Below, one piece after another: positions 9,839 through 19,283 of a stretch of DNA of 64,000 bases (within the stretch, counting starts at the first letter, position 1; each line of letters starts with the position of its first letter). The translations under genes and the position numbers were made by a program. Source of the stretch: Planctomycetota bacterium (GTDB lineage Bacteria > Planctomycetota > UBA1135 > UBA2386); assembly GCA_046290465.1 (NCBI GenBank), contig JBKAGP010000001.1, forward strand, positions 3,424,001 to 3,488,000. The letters are read 5' to 3'. A model generated the notes under the pieces. The model was not told where the DNA came from. It was given only the letters and a program-made list of their open reading frames with translations, and did not search any database.

Positions 9839-9915
9839 ATTCGGTCGTCGATCTCGAGGCCACCAGGGCCCCAGGGAACGGAGCATGCTAGCGGCAGCAC
9901 CGGAATCGGCAAGCG

Positions 9916-10170
9916 CTAACCCGCCCCAGCGCCACTCCCGCCATCCCCACCTCCACGACGACCACCACCACCCCCACGCCCCGAAGCCCCCATCCCCCGA
10001 CACCGGTTCCACACCACCCCCATCCCCAGCTGCATCCCACCGAGAAACGTCATCGTCGACAGCCCCTTCACCCCGCAGTCCGCCCCGACCATCCCGACCA
10101 CCCCCATCGCGATCCCGGCCCACACCTGCACCCCGCGAAACAGCCCCCACGTCGTCACTCGTTCGTCCAT
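9916..10170 (-). CDS. Possible small membrane protein with Gly-rich tail (84 aa)
   Basis: ATG 15 bp after the sigma gene stop with GGGAGGGG upstream; two hydrophobic stretches; low-complexity region, so uncertain. Confidence 0.35.
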   Translation of the reverse strand: MDERVTTWGLFRGVQVWAGIAMGVVGMVGADCGVKGLSTMTFLGGMQLGMGVVWNRCRGMGASGRGGGGGRRGGGDGGSGAGAG

Positions 10171-10185
10171 GGCATCCCTCCCCGG

Positions 10186-12681
10186 CTACCCACCAATCCG
10201 CCAATCGCCCACCGTCGCCTCACCCGCGACCACCTCGACACGCCGGCTCGCCACCACCTCCACACCCCGCCGCAGCTCCACGCGACAAACACCGTCCGGC
10301 ACGTTCTCGACGAAGAAGAACCCATCCGGCGCCAGCTCTGCGCCCATGCACTCGGCCAGCTTCGGCGACGACAGCAGCTGCTCGGTCGCCGCACTGCCCG
10401 CCTCCAACACCGGCAGCGCCACCACGCGCAGGCCCTCGCGCCGCTCGACCCCGACGACGCGACCGTGGATCCGTCCGGTCGGGAGCGCCAGGTCCAGCGC
10501 CTGACGCACCACACCATCGATCTCGACCACGCCACACAAACCAAACGGTCCGTCCACGTGCCGGTCGTCGGCCGGCGCGAGCATCACCAGATACCGTCCG
10601 CGCTGCACGTCGCCGGCTTCGTAGCCGGACACACCCAGCCGCCGCGCGGCGATCCAGCCGCGGCCTTCTTCGAGTGGGACCAGCGTCGGCACCAGCGCGA
10701 TGCCGCCGGGGGCCGGTGGGATGTTGCCGAACACCGCCACGCGGTCGGGGCGGCGCAGCTCCAGCACCACCTCGTCGGCTCCCCCCGCCTCCAGACGAAC
10801 GGCGCGGCTCAGGATCGCCTGCTCGTCGGCGGCACGCAGGCGCGGCAGCACGTAGAGCACGACGCGCTGGGTGTTGACCAGGCCGAAGTCGATGCGGCCG
10901 TCGGCGTCGCTGGTGGCGCGGGCGCGGTGGCTGTGGTCGCCGTGGATCATCATCACCGGCACGTCGCCGAGCGGGCGGCCGGCGTGCTGCACGCGCACCA
11001 CCAGGGACGGGCGGCGGCGCAGTTTGCAGTCGCGCAGCGCCTCGCCGTCGAAGCCGACACGCAGGTCCAAGTAGTCGTCGTGTTCGACGAGCAGCTCCGA
11101 GTCGACGTATTCGGGCGCGTAGCCGAGCCGATACCGACCGTCGCTGCGCGTCTGCGTCGGCTGGCGGTTGGAGTAGCTCCACCGGCCCTCGCTCCACTCG
11201 CGCAGCAGCGCGACGCGCGCCATCGGGATCGGCTCGCCGGACACCGCGTCCGTCACCCGCCCCTGCAGCACGCGCTTGTCGGGGTCGGCGGCGGCGGCGT
11301 CGATGCGCACCCGTTCGCGGATCCGGTAGACGTGGCCGTGCGCCGTCGGCGGCTCGAGCGTGCGTTCGTGGTCGCGGCTGCCGGGGATCGACAGGCGCAC
11401 CGTGTTGCTGGCGCCGGCGACCACGCGCATCGCAAACCGCAGGCGGCCCGGAGCGCCGCCGTCGGGACTCGACGAGACGCTGCGTCGGGTCGGATCCCCG
11501 ACGCGCAGGACGCCGGGCGTCGAGTCGTGCCCCCACGACGCAAACGCCGTCGCCGCAAACCAGACCGGCTCGCCGGTGTCCTGCTGCACGACCTCGACGT
11601 CGACCACCGTGTCGAACGCGCGGCGCATGCGCAGCACCGGCGCGTCGTCGCGCGTCCACAGGCTGTGGCCGAGTTCGGCCTCGTAGTCGGGATGCTCGAC
11701 CTCGCCGATCTTCAGCTTGCCGGCGACCAGCGGCAGCGTATCCGCGTCGAAGCCAAACCTGCCGTCCGCCCCGGTGCGCCGCGTCCACTGCTCGCGGTCG
11801 CCGATGTCGACGATGCGGTTGCCGACCATGCGGTCCTGCAGCGACAGCGTCGCGCCTTCGATCGCTCGGCCGTCGAGGTCGACGACGCGGCCGACGAACG
11901 GCTGCGCCGTCCCCGGCGCCGCGGCGCGTAGCGACACCGCGTCCGACGGCGGCGCCGCCGCGAAGCGATCCAACGCGCGGTCGGCCGACGTGGTCTGCTC
12001 GAGGTCGACGATGCGGCGCGCGGTCCACGCCTGCAGGCCGAGGTAGCCGCCGACCGCCACCGTCGCGATCGCGGCGCCGAGCAGCAGCGTGGTCGAGCGA
12101 CGCGTCGCCTCGCCGACCCCGACCGCCTGCAGGCCGCGCGGATCGAGCAGCGGCACCAGCGACAGGCACCAGCTGCGCCGGTCGCCGTGCTGGTCGTCGA
12201 GCCGTTCGCGCAGGCGCTGCAGCGCGCGCGCCGTTCGCGAACGCACCGTGTTGACCGGGATGCCGAGTCGGGTCGCGACGTCGCGCGGCGGCAGGTCCTG
12301 GTAGAAGCGCAGCAGCACGACCTCGCGCTCGCCCGCCGGCAGCGCGTCGACGTGCTCGAGCAGCATCCGGCGAACGTCCTGCTCACCGGCGAGCTCGGCG
12401 GCCGACGGCACCTCGACGCGTGGCTGCCGTTCTTGCTCGCGCCGGCTGCGCCGCGCCTCGCCGCGGCCGCGCATCTTGAGCACGTTGCGCAGCGCGCCGG
12501 CCAGCCACGCGCGCGGGGCGCGCACGTCGGTGCGACCGGCCGCCAGCGTCGCGCGCCAGACCTCCTGCACGACGTCGTCGGCGTCGTGCGGACCGGCGAC
12601 CAGCCGCGCCGCGAGCCGGCGCAGCCAGGCGGCGTGTTCGAGCAGGGGTTCGAGAGGAGGCGTCACCTGGAGGTCGCGCAT
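10186..12681 (-). CDS. ECF sigma-70 factor fused to a TM helix and carboxypeptidase-regulatory-like beta domains
   Basis: HAAWLRRLA...ADDVVQEVW (region 2), LPAGEREVVLLRFYQDLPPRDVATRLGIPVNTVRSR (region 4); GRVVDLDGRAIEGA and GRVTDAVSGEPIPMA repeats. Confidence 0.88.
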   Translation of the reverse strand: MRDLQVTPPLEPLLEHAAWLRRLAARLVAGPHDADDVVQEVWRATLAAGRTDVRAPRAWLAGALRNVLKMRGRGEARRSRREQERQPRVEVPSAAELAGEQDVRRMLLEHVDALPAGEREVVLLRFYQDLPPRDVATRLGIPVNTVRSRTARALQRLRERLDDQHGDRRSWCLSLVPLLDPRGLQAVGVGEATRRSTTLLLGAAIATVAVGGYLGLQAWTARRIVDLEQTTSADRALDRFAAAPPSDAVSLRAAAPGTAQPFVGRVVDLDGRAIEGATLSLQDRMVGNRIVDIGDREQWTRRTGADGRFGFDADTLPLVAGKLKIGEVEHPDYEAELGHSLWTRDDAPVLRMRRAFDTVVDVEVVQQDTGEPVWFAATAFASWGHDSTPGVLRVGDPTRRSVSSSPDGGAPGRLRFAMRVVAGASNTVRLSIPGSRDHERTLEPPTAHGHVYRIRERVRIDAAAADPDKRVLQGRVTDAVSGEPIPMARVALLREWSEGRWSYSNRQPTQTRSDGRYRLGYAPEYVDSELLVEHDDYLDLRVGFDGEALRDCKLRRRPSLVVRVQHAGRPLGDVPVMMIHGDHSHRARATSDADGRIDFGLVNTQRVVLYVLPRLRAADEQAILSRAVRLEAGGADEVVLELRRPDRVAVFGNIPPAPGGIALVPTLVPLEEGRGWIAARRLGVSGYEAGDVQRGRYLVMLAPADDRHVDGPFGLCGVVEIDGVVRQALDLALPTGRIHGRVVGVERREGLRVVALPVLEAGSAATEQLLSSPKLAECMGAELAPDGFFFVENVPDGVCRVELRRGVEVVASRRVEVVAGEATVGDWRIGG

Positions 12682-12871
12682 GCCGGTGGGTTGCCGCCGA
12701 TCGCGGAATCGACCGCGGCGACCCCGAGATTCTTCGGGCCGCAGGCACCCGGCGGGGCCGACCGGGATGGCGTCCGACCACCAGTGGATCGCGACACGCC
12801 GGCCGCGCCAAGGTCCGCATCTGGCGGTAGCGGACCCGGCTCGCCGGTCGGCGCCCCGCCGCACCCCCTAC

Positions 12872-12907
12872 AAAAAGCAAACGCGCGCAGCCCGAAGGCT
12901 GCGCGCG
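12872..12907 (-). terminator. Rho-independent terminator
   Basis: Minus strand CGCGCGCAGCC-TTCG-GGCTGCGCGCG followed by TTTGCTTTTT. Confidence 0.75.
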
Positions 12908-12993
12908 CGTGCGGTCTCAACGTAACGCCGCTTCCCAGGTGGCGCGTCTCGGAGAAGACAGCGGTAGCGGGCGGCCGACATCTCACCGGTTCT

Positions 12994-14154
12994 TCACTTC
13001 TTCTGCGGACGCAGCACCGGGCACGCCGCGGCCACCGCCTTGCGGAACGCCGAACGCGCTGGGCCGAGCCGCTTGCTGCGCTGCGTCTGCGTCAGGACCA
13101 TGCCGACGAGGTCGCGCGCCGGGTCGCACCAGACCATGGTCCCGTCGGATCCGGTGTGCGAGAAGCTGCCGTCGGCGGCGATGCCCCAGCCGTAGCCGTA
13201 GCTGCGGCCCTTCAGGTGCGGGATCCGGTTGCCGGTCATCCGCGCGACCGAGTCCTCGGACAGGATGCGGCGCTCGCCGGCGACGCCGCCGGTCACGAAC
13301 AGCCGCGCGAACTTCGCGTAGTCGACGGCGGTCGTGATCAGGCCGCCGGACCCGCGCACGAACGGCAGGGTCGGCGCGTCGCCGGGCTGCCAGCGGGCCC
13401 GCCAGCTGCCGTCGGCGGCGCGCACCATCACCGCCGACATGCGCGAAAGGTCGGCGCGCGTCTCGAGGTTGCAGGTGTCGGCCATGCCGAGCGGGCGGTA
13501 GAACGCCTCGCGGCAGTAGGCCTCGAACTCCCGTTCGCCGGCCAGCGTCACGATGCCGGCGAGCGTGTTGTAGCCGGGGTTGCTGTAGGAGTAGCTGCTG
13601 CCAGGCGCGGCGGTCGGCCCGATCTCGCCGAAGCGCGCGCACTCGAGCACCAGGTTGGGTGCGTCCGGGTGCCGCTCGGACGGCTGCATCAGCGGCTGCA
13701 CGAACAGCGTGCCGATGGTCAGGCCGCTGGTGTGGGTCAGCAGGTGGTGCACCGTGATCGCGGCCGCCTTGCCGCTGCCGAACGTGCCGAACCAGCGGCT
13801 GGCGGGGTCGTCGAGGCCGACCTTGCCGCGTTCGACCAGGTGCAGAATCGCCGCGGCGGTGACCGCCTTGGTGTTGGACGCCATCCGAAACAGCGTGTCC
13901 TTCTGCATCGGCTGCTCGCCGGCGACGTCGCGACAGCCGTAGGCCTCGTGCAGCACGATCGACGTGCCGCGCGTGACCAGCACGACGGCGCCGCGCAGGT
14001 CGTTCTCGGTGACGAGCTGCTCGATGCCGGCCGCGGCCTGGCGCAGCGCGGCGGCATCGCAGCCGGACGCCGCGGGGTCGGCGACAACCAGCCGTTCTTG
14101 CGCCGGCAGCGGCAGCGACGGGATCAGCAACGACAGCAGGAGGTGTGCGCGCAT
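12994..14154 (-). CDS. Serine hydrolase, beta-lactamase/S12 family, secreted
   Basis: SxxK (MASNTK), LLTHTSG, YSYSN, HTGSDG; signal peptide. Confidence 0.9.
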   Translation of the reverse strand: MRAHLLLSLLIPSLPLPAQERLVVADPAASGCDAAALRQAAAGIEQLVTENDLRGAVVLVTRGTSIVLHEAYGCRDVAGEQPMQKDTLFRMASNTKAVTAAAILHLVERGKVGLDDPASRWFGTFGSGKAAAITVHHLLTHTSGLTIGTLFVQPLMQPSERHPDAPNLVLECARFGEIGPTAAPGSSYSYSNPGYNTLAGIVTLAGEREFEAYCREAFYRPLGMADTCNLETRADLSRMSAVMVRAADGSWRARWQPGDAPTLPFVRGSGGLITTAVDYAKFARLFVTGGVAGERRILSEDSVARMTGNRIPHLKGRSYGYGWGIAADGSFSHTGSDGTMVWCDPARDLVGMVLTQTQRSKRLGPARSAFRKAVAAACPVLRPQKK

Positions 14155-14176
14155 GCCGGCATCGTAGACTGCGGCG

Positions 14177-15463
14177 ATGCTCGACCACGTGCGCCTCGTC
14201 CTGCTCGGGACGATCCTGTTGCCATCGCTGCTGCCGGCCCAGAACGACGCGCCGGCCGCAGAACTGACGATCCCGGCCTACAGCGGCTACGCGCATCCGG
14301 ATCCGCGCGCGGTGCGCCGCGACCGCAAGACCGGCGCGGTCGAGCGCTGCGACGGCCAGCTGGTGTTCTACGTCGAGGCTGCGGCGACCGGCGCGATCGA
14401 GGTGCACGTGCGTCGGCTGGCCGGGGCGCCCGCGCAGCGGCTGCAGCTTCGCTTCGGGCGGGTCGGCGGCAAGTCGGGCACGAGCCAGTTCGTGGACGCG
14501 CCGGCGGCGACCGAGGCGGACACGGTCCTGTTCCGCGGGCTGGTCAGCGATGCGGTCGGTCCGCTGCGCATCTCGCTGCAGGTCGACGGCGAGCAGCCGC
14601 TGCGTCGGATCGCGTCGCTGTCGCTTTGGGGCGAAGGCGCCGCCGGCGCGCGCGCGTCGACCGTCGAACGGCGCAACGCGTCGTCCGTGCACCTGTGGTA
14701 CGACGTGCCGACCCAGCACGTCGACGACATCGAGTACTTCTACTGCGAGCTGACGCCGACCGCGGATCCGCTCTGGACCTACTACATGGCGACCGGCTGG
14801 CACCGCGGCTACTTCGGCATGCAGGTCAACAGCGCGACCGAGCGGCGCGTGATCTTCAGCGTCTGGGACTCGGGCAACGAGGCCGTCGACCGCGGCAAGG
14901 TCGGCGAACAGGATCTGGTGCAGCTGCTGCGCAAGGGCGCGAACGTGCACGCCGGCGGCTTCGGCAACGAGGGCACGGGCGGCCACAGCCACCTCGTGCA
15001 CGACTGGCAGCTCGGCGACACGATCGGCTTCCTGGTGCGCGCCCAACCGGACGGCAAGCAGACGACCTACACCGGCTGGTTCGCGCACCACCGCGCGGGC
15101 GCGGCCGGGCCCGAGCCGTGGCGGCTGGTCGCGAGCTTCCGCGCGCCGAAGGACGGCCGCTTCCTGCACGGGCTCTACTCGTTCAGCGAGAACTTCAGCG
15201 GCGCCAACGGCGACGCGCGGCGCGAGTGCCGCTACGGCAACGTCTGGCTGCGCACCAAGGGCGGCGACTGGCTGCCGTCGCGCTCGGCGAAGTTCACGCA
15301 CGACGGCCACGGCAACCGCCACCGGCTCGATCGGCGCGGCGGCGTCGCGAACGGCCGGTTCTTGCTCCGGCACGGCGACTTCGCGACGCGGCCGATGCAG
15401 CGCGGCACGCGCCTCGACCTGCCCGGCGAGCCCGGCCGACCGCCGGCCAGGCTGCCGGAGTAG
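14177..15463 (+). CDS. DUF3472/DUF5077-type secreted protein
   Basis: SVHLWY, YYMATGWHRGYFGMQVNSATERRVIFSVWD, FGNEGTGG, LYSFSENF; signal peptide. Confidence 0.8.
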   Translation: MLDHVRLVLLGTILLPSLLPAQNDAPAAELTIPAYSGYAHPDPRAVRRDRKTGAVERCDGQLVFYVEAAATGAIEVHVRRLAGAPAQRLQLRFGRVGGKSGTSQFVDAPAATEADTVLFRGLVSDAVGPLRISLQVDGEQPLRRIASLSLWGEGAAGARASTVERRNASSVHLWYDVPTQHVDDIEYFYCELTPTADPLWTYYMATGWHRGYFGMQVNSATERRVIFSVWDSGNEAVDRGKVGEQDLVQLLRKGANVHAGGFGNEGTGGHSHLVHDWQLGDTIGFLVRAQPDGKQTTYTGWFAHHRAGAAGPEPWRLVASFRAPKDGRFLHGLYSFSENFSGANGDARRECRYGNVWLRTKGGDWLPSRSAKFTHDGHGNRHRLDRRGGVANGRFLLRHGDFATRPMQRGTRLDLPGEPGRPPARLPE

Positions 15464-15562
15464 CGAGAATCTGCGCACCGGCGGTCGATTCGCGCCCGCG
15501 CCGATCGTCGCGACGACGTAACCTGACCCGACTCGCCACACCCTCATCTCAAGGAGAACGAC

Positions 15563-16351
15563 ATGACCGCTCAGCCCTCTCAAGGCCCCTGGCCCGGCCG
15601 CTTCGTCTGGCACGACCTGATGACCACCGACGCCGCGAAGTCGAAGGTCTTCTACGTATCGCTGTTCGGCTGGAACGTCGAAGACCGCCCGATGCAGGGC
15701 TTCACGTACCACATGATCAACGCGGGTCCCGGGCCGGTCGGCGGCATCATCGAGGAGAAGGCGATCCCGATGTCGCACTGGATGCCGTACGTGGCGGTCG
15801 AAGACGTCGACGCCGCGGCGGAGAAGTGCAAGGAGCTCGGTGGTTCGGTGTGCGTGCCGCCGACCGACATCCCGCAGACCGGCCGCTTCGCGGTCGTCGG
15901 CGACCCGCAGGGTGCGTTCTTCTCGATCTACAAGGGCAATGAGGAGTCGCACGGCTTCGATCCCGACTTGCCGGTGCCCGGCCGCATCTGCTGGAACGAG
16001 GTGCTGACGAGCGACGACGCCGCGGCGCAGACGTTCTACACCGACATGTTCGGCTGGCAGGACGACCCGAAGGACATGGGTCCGATGGGCACCTACCACT
16101 GCCAGATGATCGGCGGCAAGCAGACCGGCGGCATCATGAAGAACCCGCAGCCCGGCGCCCCGAGCGCGTGGCTGGTCTACTTCCTGGTCGAGGACCTGAC
16201 CGCGTCGACCGCCAAGGCCAAGGAACTCGGCGCCAACGTGATGATGGAGAACCAGCCGATCCCCGAAGTCGGCGCATTCTCGCTGCTCGCCGACCCGGTC
16301 GGCGCCGTGTTCGCCCTGTTCGCCGGCTCGCCGGACGCGAAGGACTGCTGA
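15563..16351 (+). CDS. Two-domain VOC/glyoxalase family protein
   Basis: Duplicated WHDLMTTD...FY..LFGW / WNEVLTSD...FY..MFGW, DPQGA/DPVGA; RBS AAGGAG. Confidence 0.9.
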   Translation: MTAQPSQGPWPGRFVWHDLMTTDAAKSKVFYVSLFGWNVEDRPMQGFTYHMINAGPGPVGGIIEEKAIPMSHWMPYVAVEDVDAAAEKCKELGGSVCVPPTDIPQTGRFAVVGDPQGAFFSIYKGNEESHGFDPDLPVPGRICWNEVLTSDDAAAQTFYTDMFGWQDDPKDMGPMGTYHCQMIGGKQTGGIMKNPQPGAPSAWLVYFLVEDLTASTAKAKELGANVMMENQPIPEVGAFSLLADPVGAVFALFAGSPDAKDC

Positions 16352-16416
16352 GTCCGACGAACGGCGCGGGCTGGGTTTCGCATGCCGGCTACCAGAAGGC
16401 CGGCGCGCACACGCAA

Positions 16417-16483
16417 CGAACCGGGTTCATCCTGCGCCGCTTCGCGGCGCAGGATGAACCCGGTTCGGTATGCGGTGTTTGCG
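16417..16483. repeat. REP/MITE-like palindromic repeat family A, partial copy
   Basis: Perfect 24-bp inverted arms CGAACCGGGTTCATCCTGCGCCGC around TTC, then GTATGCGGTGTTTGCG; matches 22645-22734. Confidence 0.85.
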
Positions 16484-16499
16484 ATTCGGGGCCCGGTTG

Positions 16500-18617
16500 C
16501 TACTCGCGGATTCCTACCTGCGAGAGCATCCAGGCGACCTCGAACGCGCGGTCGCGCCAGCGGTCGTAGCGGCCCGAGGCGCCGCCGTGGCCGGCGGCCT
16601 CGAGCTTGGTCTTGAGCAGCAGGTCGTGGTCGTCGGTCTTCAGGGTTCGCAGCCTGGCGACGTACTTGGCGGGTTCCCAGTACATGACCTGGGAGTCGTT
16701 GAAGCTGGTCGTCACCAGCGTCGCCGGGTAGGCCTTGGCCTCGAGGTTGTCGTAGGGGCTGTAGGACATCATGTAGTCGAACGCCCGCTTCTCGTTGGGG
16801 TCGCCCCACTCGAGGTATTCGCCGACCGTCAGCGGCAGCGACGCGTCCATCATCGTGCTCATCACGTCGACGAACGGCACCGCGCTGTGGATCGCACGGA
16901 ACAGGTCCGGGCGCAGGTTGGCGACCGCCCCCATCAGCAGGCCGCCGGCGCTGCCGCCCTCGGCCAGCAGCCGGTCCTTGCCGGTCCAGCCACCCGCGAT
17001 CAGCCCCTCGGCGGCATCGATGAAGTCGTGGAAGGTGTTCTTCTTCTTCATCAGCATGCCGTCCTTGCGCCACGGCTCACCGAGCGTGCGGCTGCCGCGG
17101 ATGTGCGCGATCGCAAACACCACGCCGCGATCGAGCATGCTGATCCGGTCGCTGTTGAAGCCCGCCGGGATCGACACCCCGTACGAACCGTAGCCATACA
17201 GCCACAGCGGCGCCGAGCCGTCCTGCGGCGTGCCCTTGCGGTAGACCAGCGACACCGGGATCGGCTTGCCGTCGCGCGCCGCCGGGTAGACCCGCGTGGT
17301 CTCGTACTGCGACGGGTCGTAGCCCTTGACCTCGCGCTGCTTCTTCAGCTCGCGCTCGAACGTGCGCAGGTCGTAGTCGTAGACGCACGGCGGCGTGACC
17401 ATCGACTGGTACTCGATGCGGTAGTCGGTCGACGTCCACTCCGGCGTGCCACCGGCGCTCGCGGCATACACCGTCTCGGGGAAGTCGATCTCGCGCCACG
17501 TGTCGCTGGCGAAGTCGAGGATGCGGAAGCGGGTCAGGCCGCTCTGCTTCTCCTGCACGACCGCGTGCTCGGCGAACACCTCGAAGCGCTCGACCAGCAC
17601 GTCCTCGCGGTGCGGCACGACCTCGACCCAGTTGGCCGGGCTCGGATCGTCGACCGGCGCCCGCACGACGCGGAAGTTGAGCGCGTCCTTGTCGGTGCGC
17701 AGGTACCAGAAGCCGTCGCGATGGACCGGCGCGTAGCGGTGCTGCTTCTCGCGCGGCAGCAGCACCGAGAACGCCCCTTCCGGCCGGCGCGCGTCGAGCA
17801 CGCGATATTCGTAGGTGTCGGTGCTGTAGCACTCGATCAGCAGGTAGCGACGGTCCTTGGTGCGGCCGACCCCGATGTAGTAGAGCTCGTCCGGCTCTTC
17901 GAACATCAGCTCCGGCTCGCCGCCGAGCCGCATCCGCCAGACCTTGTTGGAACGCTTGGTGACCGGGTCCTCGGTGACGAAGAACAGCGTCTGGCCGTCG
18001 GCGGCCCACTCGACCGACGTCACGCGCTCGGCGAGATTGCGTCGCTCGTCCCCGGTGCGCAGATCCTTGACGTGCAGGTTGTATTGACGGAACCCGGTGA
18101 CGTCGGTCGTGTAGGCGTAGAGCTGCTCGTCGTCGCTGACGACGACGTCGCCGATGCCGAGGTAGTCGAGCCCCTTGGCCATCTCGTTCTGGTCGAGCAG
18201 CACCTGCTCGTCGGCCGCCTCGTTCCAGCTGCCGTCGGCGCCGGCCGCCTTGCGACAACGGATCGGGTACTGCAGCCCCTCGACCGTGCGCGCGTAGTAG
18301 TAGAAGCCCCCCATGCGCACCGGCACGCTGAGGTCGGTCTGCTGCACGCGCGCGACCATCTCCTCGTAGAGCCGCTCCTGCAGCGGCTGCAGGTGCGCGG
18401 TGCGAGCCGCGGTGTAGGCGTTCTCGGCCTCGAGGTAGGCGCGCACCTCGGGCGCCTCCTTGTCGCGCAGCCAGTAGTAGTCGTCGACGAAGACCTCGCC
18501 GTGCCAGTGGTTCTCGTGGCGGACGCGCTTGGCGACGGGAGGGACGTTGGGATCGTTGGCCATCGGAAGGGAGCAGGACGCTGCCAGCAGGAGGCCAAGG
18601 CTCTGCAGTCTCGGCAT
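16500..18617 (-). CDS. ptrB: Oligopeptidase B (S9A)
   Basis: DDYYWLRD, LYGYGSYG, GGSAGGLL, AVPFVDV, DSQVMYWEPAKYVARLR, GHGGASGRY. Confidence 0.93.
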   Translation of the reverse strand: MPRLQSLGLLLAASCSLPMANDPNVPPVAKRVRHENHWHGEVFVDDYYWLRDKEAPEVRAYLEAENAYTAARTAHLQPLQERLYEEMVARVQQTDLSVPVRMGGFYYYARTVEGLQYPIRCRKAAGADGSWNEAADEQVLLDQNEMAKGLDYLGIGDVVVSDDEQLYAYTTDVTGFRQYNLHVKDLRTGDERRNLAERVTSVEWAADGQTLFFVTEDPVTKRSNKVWRMRLGGEPELMFEEPDELYYIGVGRTKDRRYLLIECYSTDTYEYRVLDARRPEGAFSVLLPREKQHRYAPVHRDGFWYLRTDKDALNFRVVRAPVDDPSPANWVEVVPHREDVLVERFEVFAEHAVVQEKQSGLTRFRILDFASDTWREIDFPETVYAASAGGTPEWTSTDYRIEYQSMVTPPCVYDYDLRTFERELKKQREVKGYDPSQYETTRVYPAARDGKPIPVSLVYRKGTPQDGSAPLWLYGYGSYGVSIPAGFNSDRISMLDRGVVFAIAHIRGSRTLGEPWRKDGMLMKKKNTFHDFIDAAEGLIAGGWTGKDRLLAEGGSAGGLLMGAVANLRPDLFRAIHSAVPFVDVMSTMMDASLPLTVGEYLEWGDPNEKRAFDYMMSYSPYDNLEAKAYPATLVTTSFNDSQVMYWEPAKYVARLRTLKTDDHDLLLKTKLEAAGHGGASGRYDRWRDRAFEVAWMLSQVGIRE

Positions 18618-18648
18618 GCACGCAATGTGGAGCGCGACGCCGCCGCGA

Positions 18649-19260
18649 TCAATCCGGCAGTTCGGTGACCGGGTGATCGACCGGGCTCGGTAGCGCGCGC
18701 GCGCGACCACCGGCGGCCTCGCCGTCGAGCAACGCAGCCACGCCGTCGTACGGATCGACGACCGGCGCCTCGTGCCTGGGCAGGCCGCCGGTGTCCGCAG
18801 TCGGGCCGTAGGTGCTGTGCAGGTCGCGACCGAGCATGCGCAGCAGCGTCGTCTGCTGGCCGCGGTGGTGCGCGGTATGCGCGATGCGTCGGGTCATGAT
18901 CCAGTTGCGCGGTCGGCGCAATTCGAAGAACGGCGCGTCCGCCTCCCACCACGCATCGTCGCGCTGGCCGAGCTCGGCGTGCCGACGGCCGGCGACGTCG
19001 GCGTAGTGTCGCAAGAACGCGAGCCGCGTCCGCTCGGCCGGCAACACCTCGCCCGGCACCTCGATGCCGAACATGTTGACGAACCAGCCGCTCTCGCTCT
19101 GGCACTGGTGCACCATGTGCTCGCGCAGCGTGCGCCCGCGCCGGTCGCCGTCGCGCGGGCGCACGTCGAGGTCCTCGTCGGAGACCATCGACCACACCGA
19201 GACCACCTTGAGGATCTCGGTCTCGTAGGTGTCGACCAGAAACGCATAGCGGCTCGTCAT
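18649..19260 (-). CDS. DinB/YfiT family protein
   Basis: RTLREHMVHQC and RIAHTAHHRGQ His motifs. Confidence 0.85.
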   Translation of the reverse strand: MTSRYAFLVDTYETEILKVVSVWSMVSDEDLDVRPRDGDRRGRTLREHMVHQCQSESGWFVNMFGIEVPGEVLPAERTRLAFLRHYADVAGRRHAELGQRDDAWWEADAPFFELRRPRNWIMTRRIAHTAHHRGQQTTLLRMLGRDLHSTYGPTADTGGLPRHEAPVVDPYDGVAALLDGEAAGGRARALPSPVDHPVTELPD

Positions 19261-19283
19261 GCCGCCATGCTACGACGATCGCG

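Noticed and set aside
12187..15942. Very long ORFs such as 12187-15942 (+), 30497-34579 (+), 12983-16099 (-), 59627-62407 (+)
   Set aside because: Antisense or off-frame shadows of real genes in high-GC DNA; R/A/G-rich with no motifs
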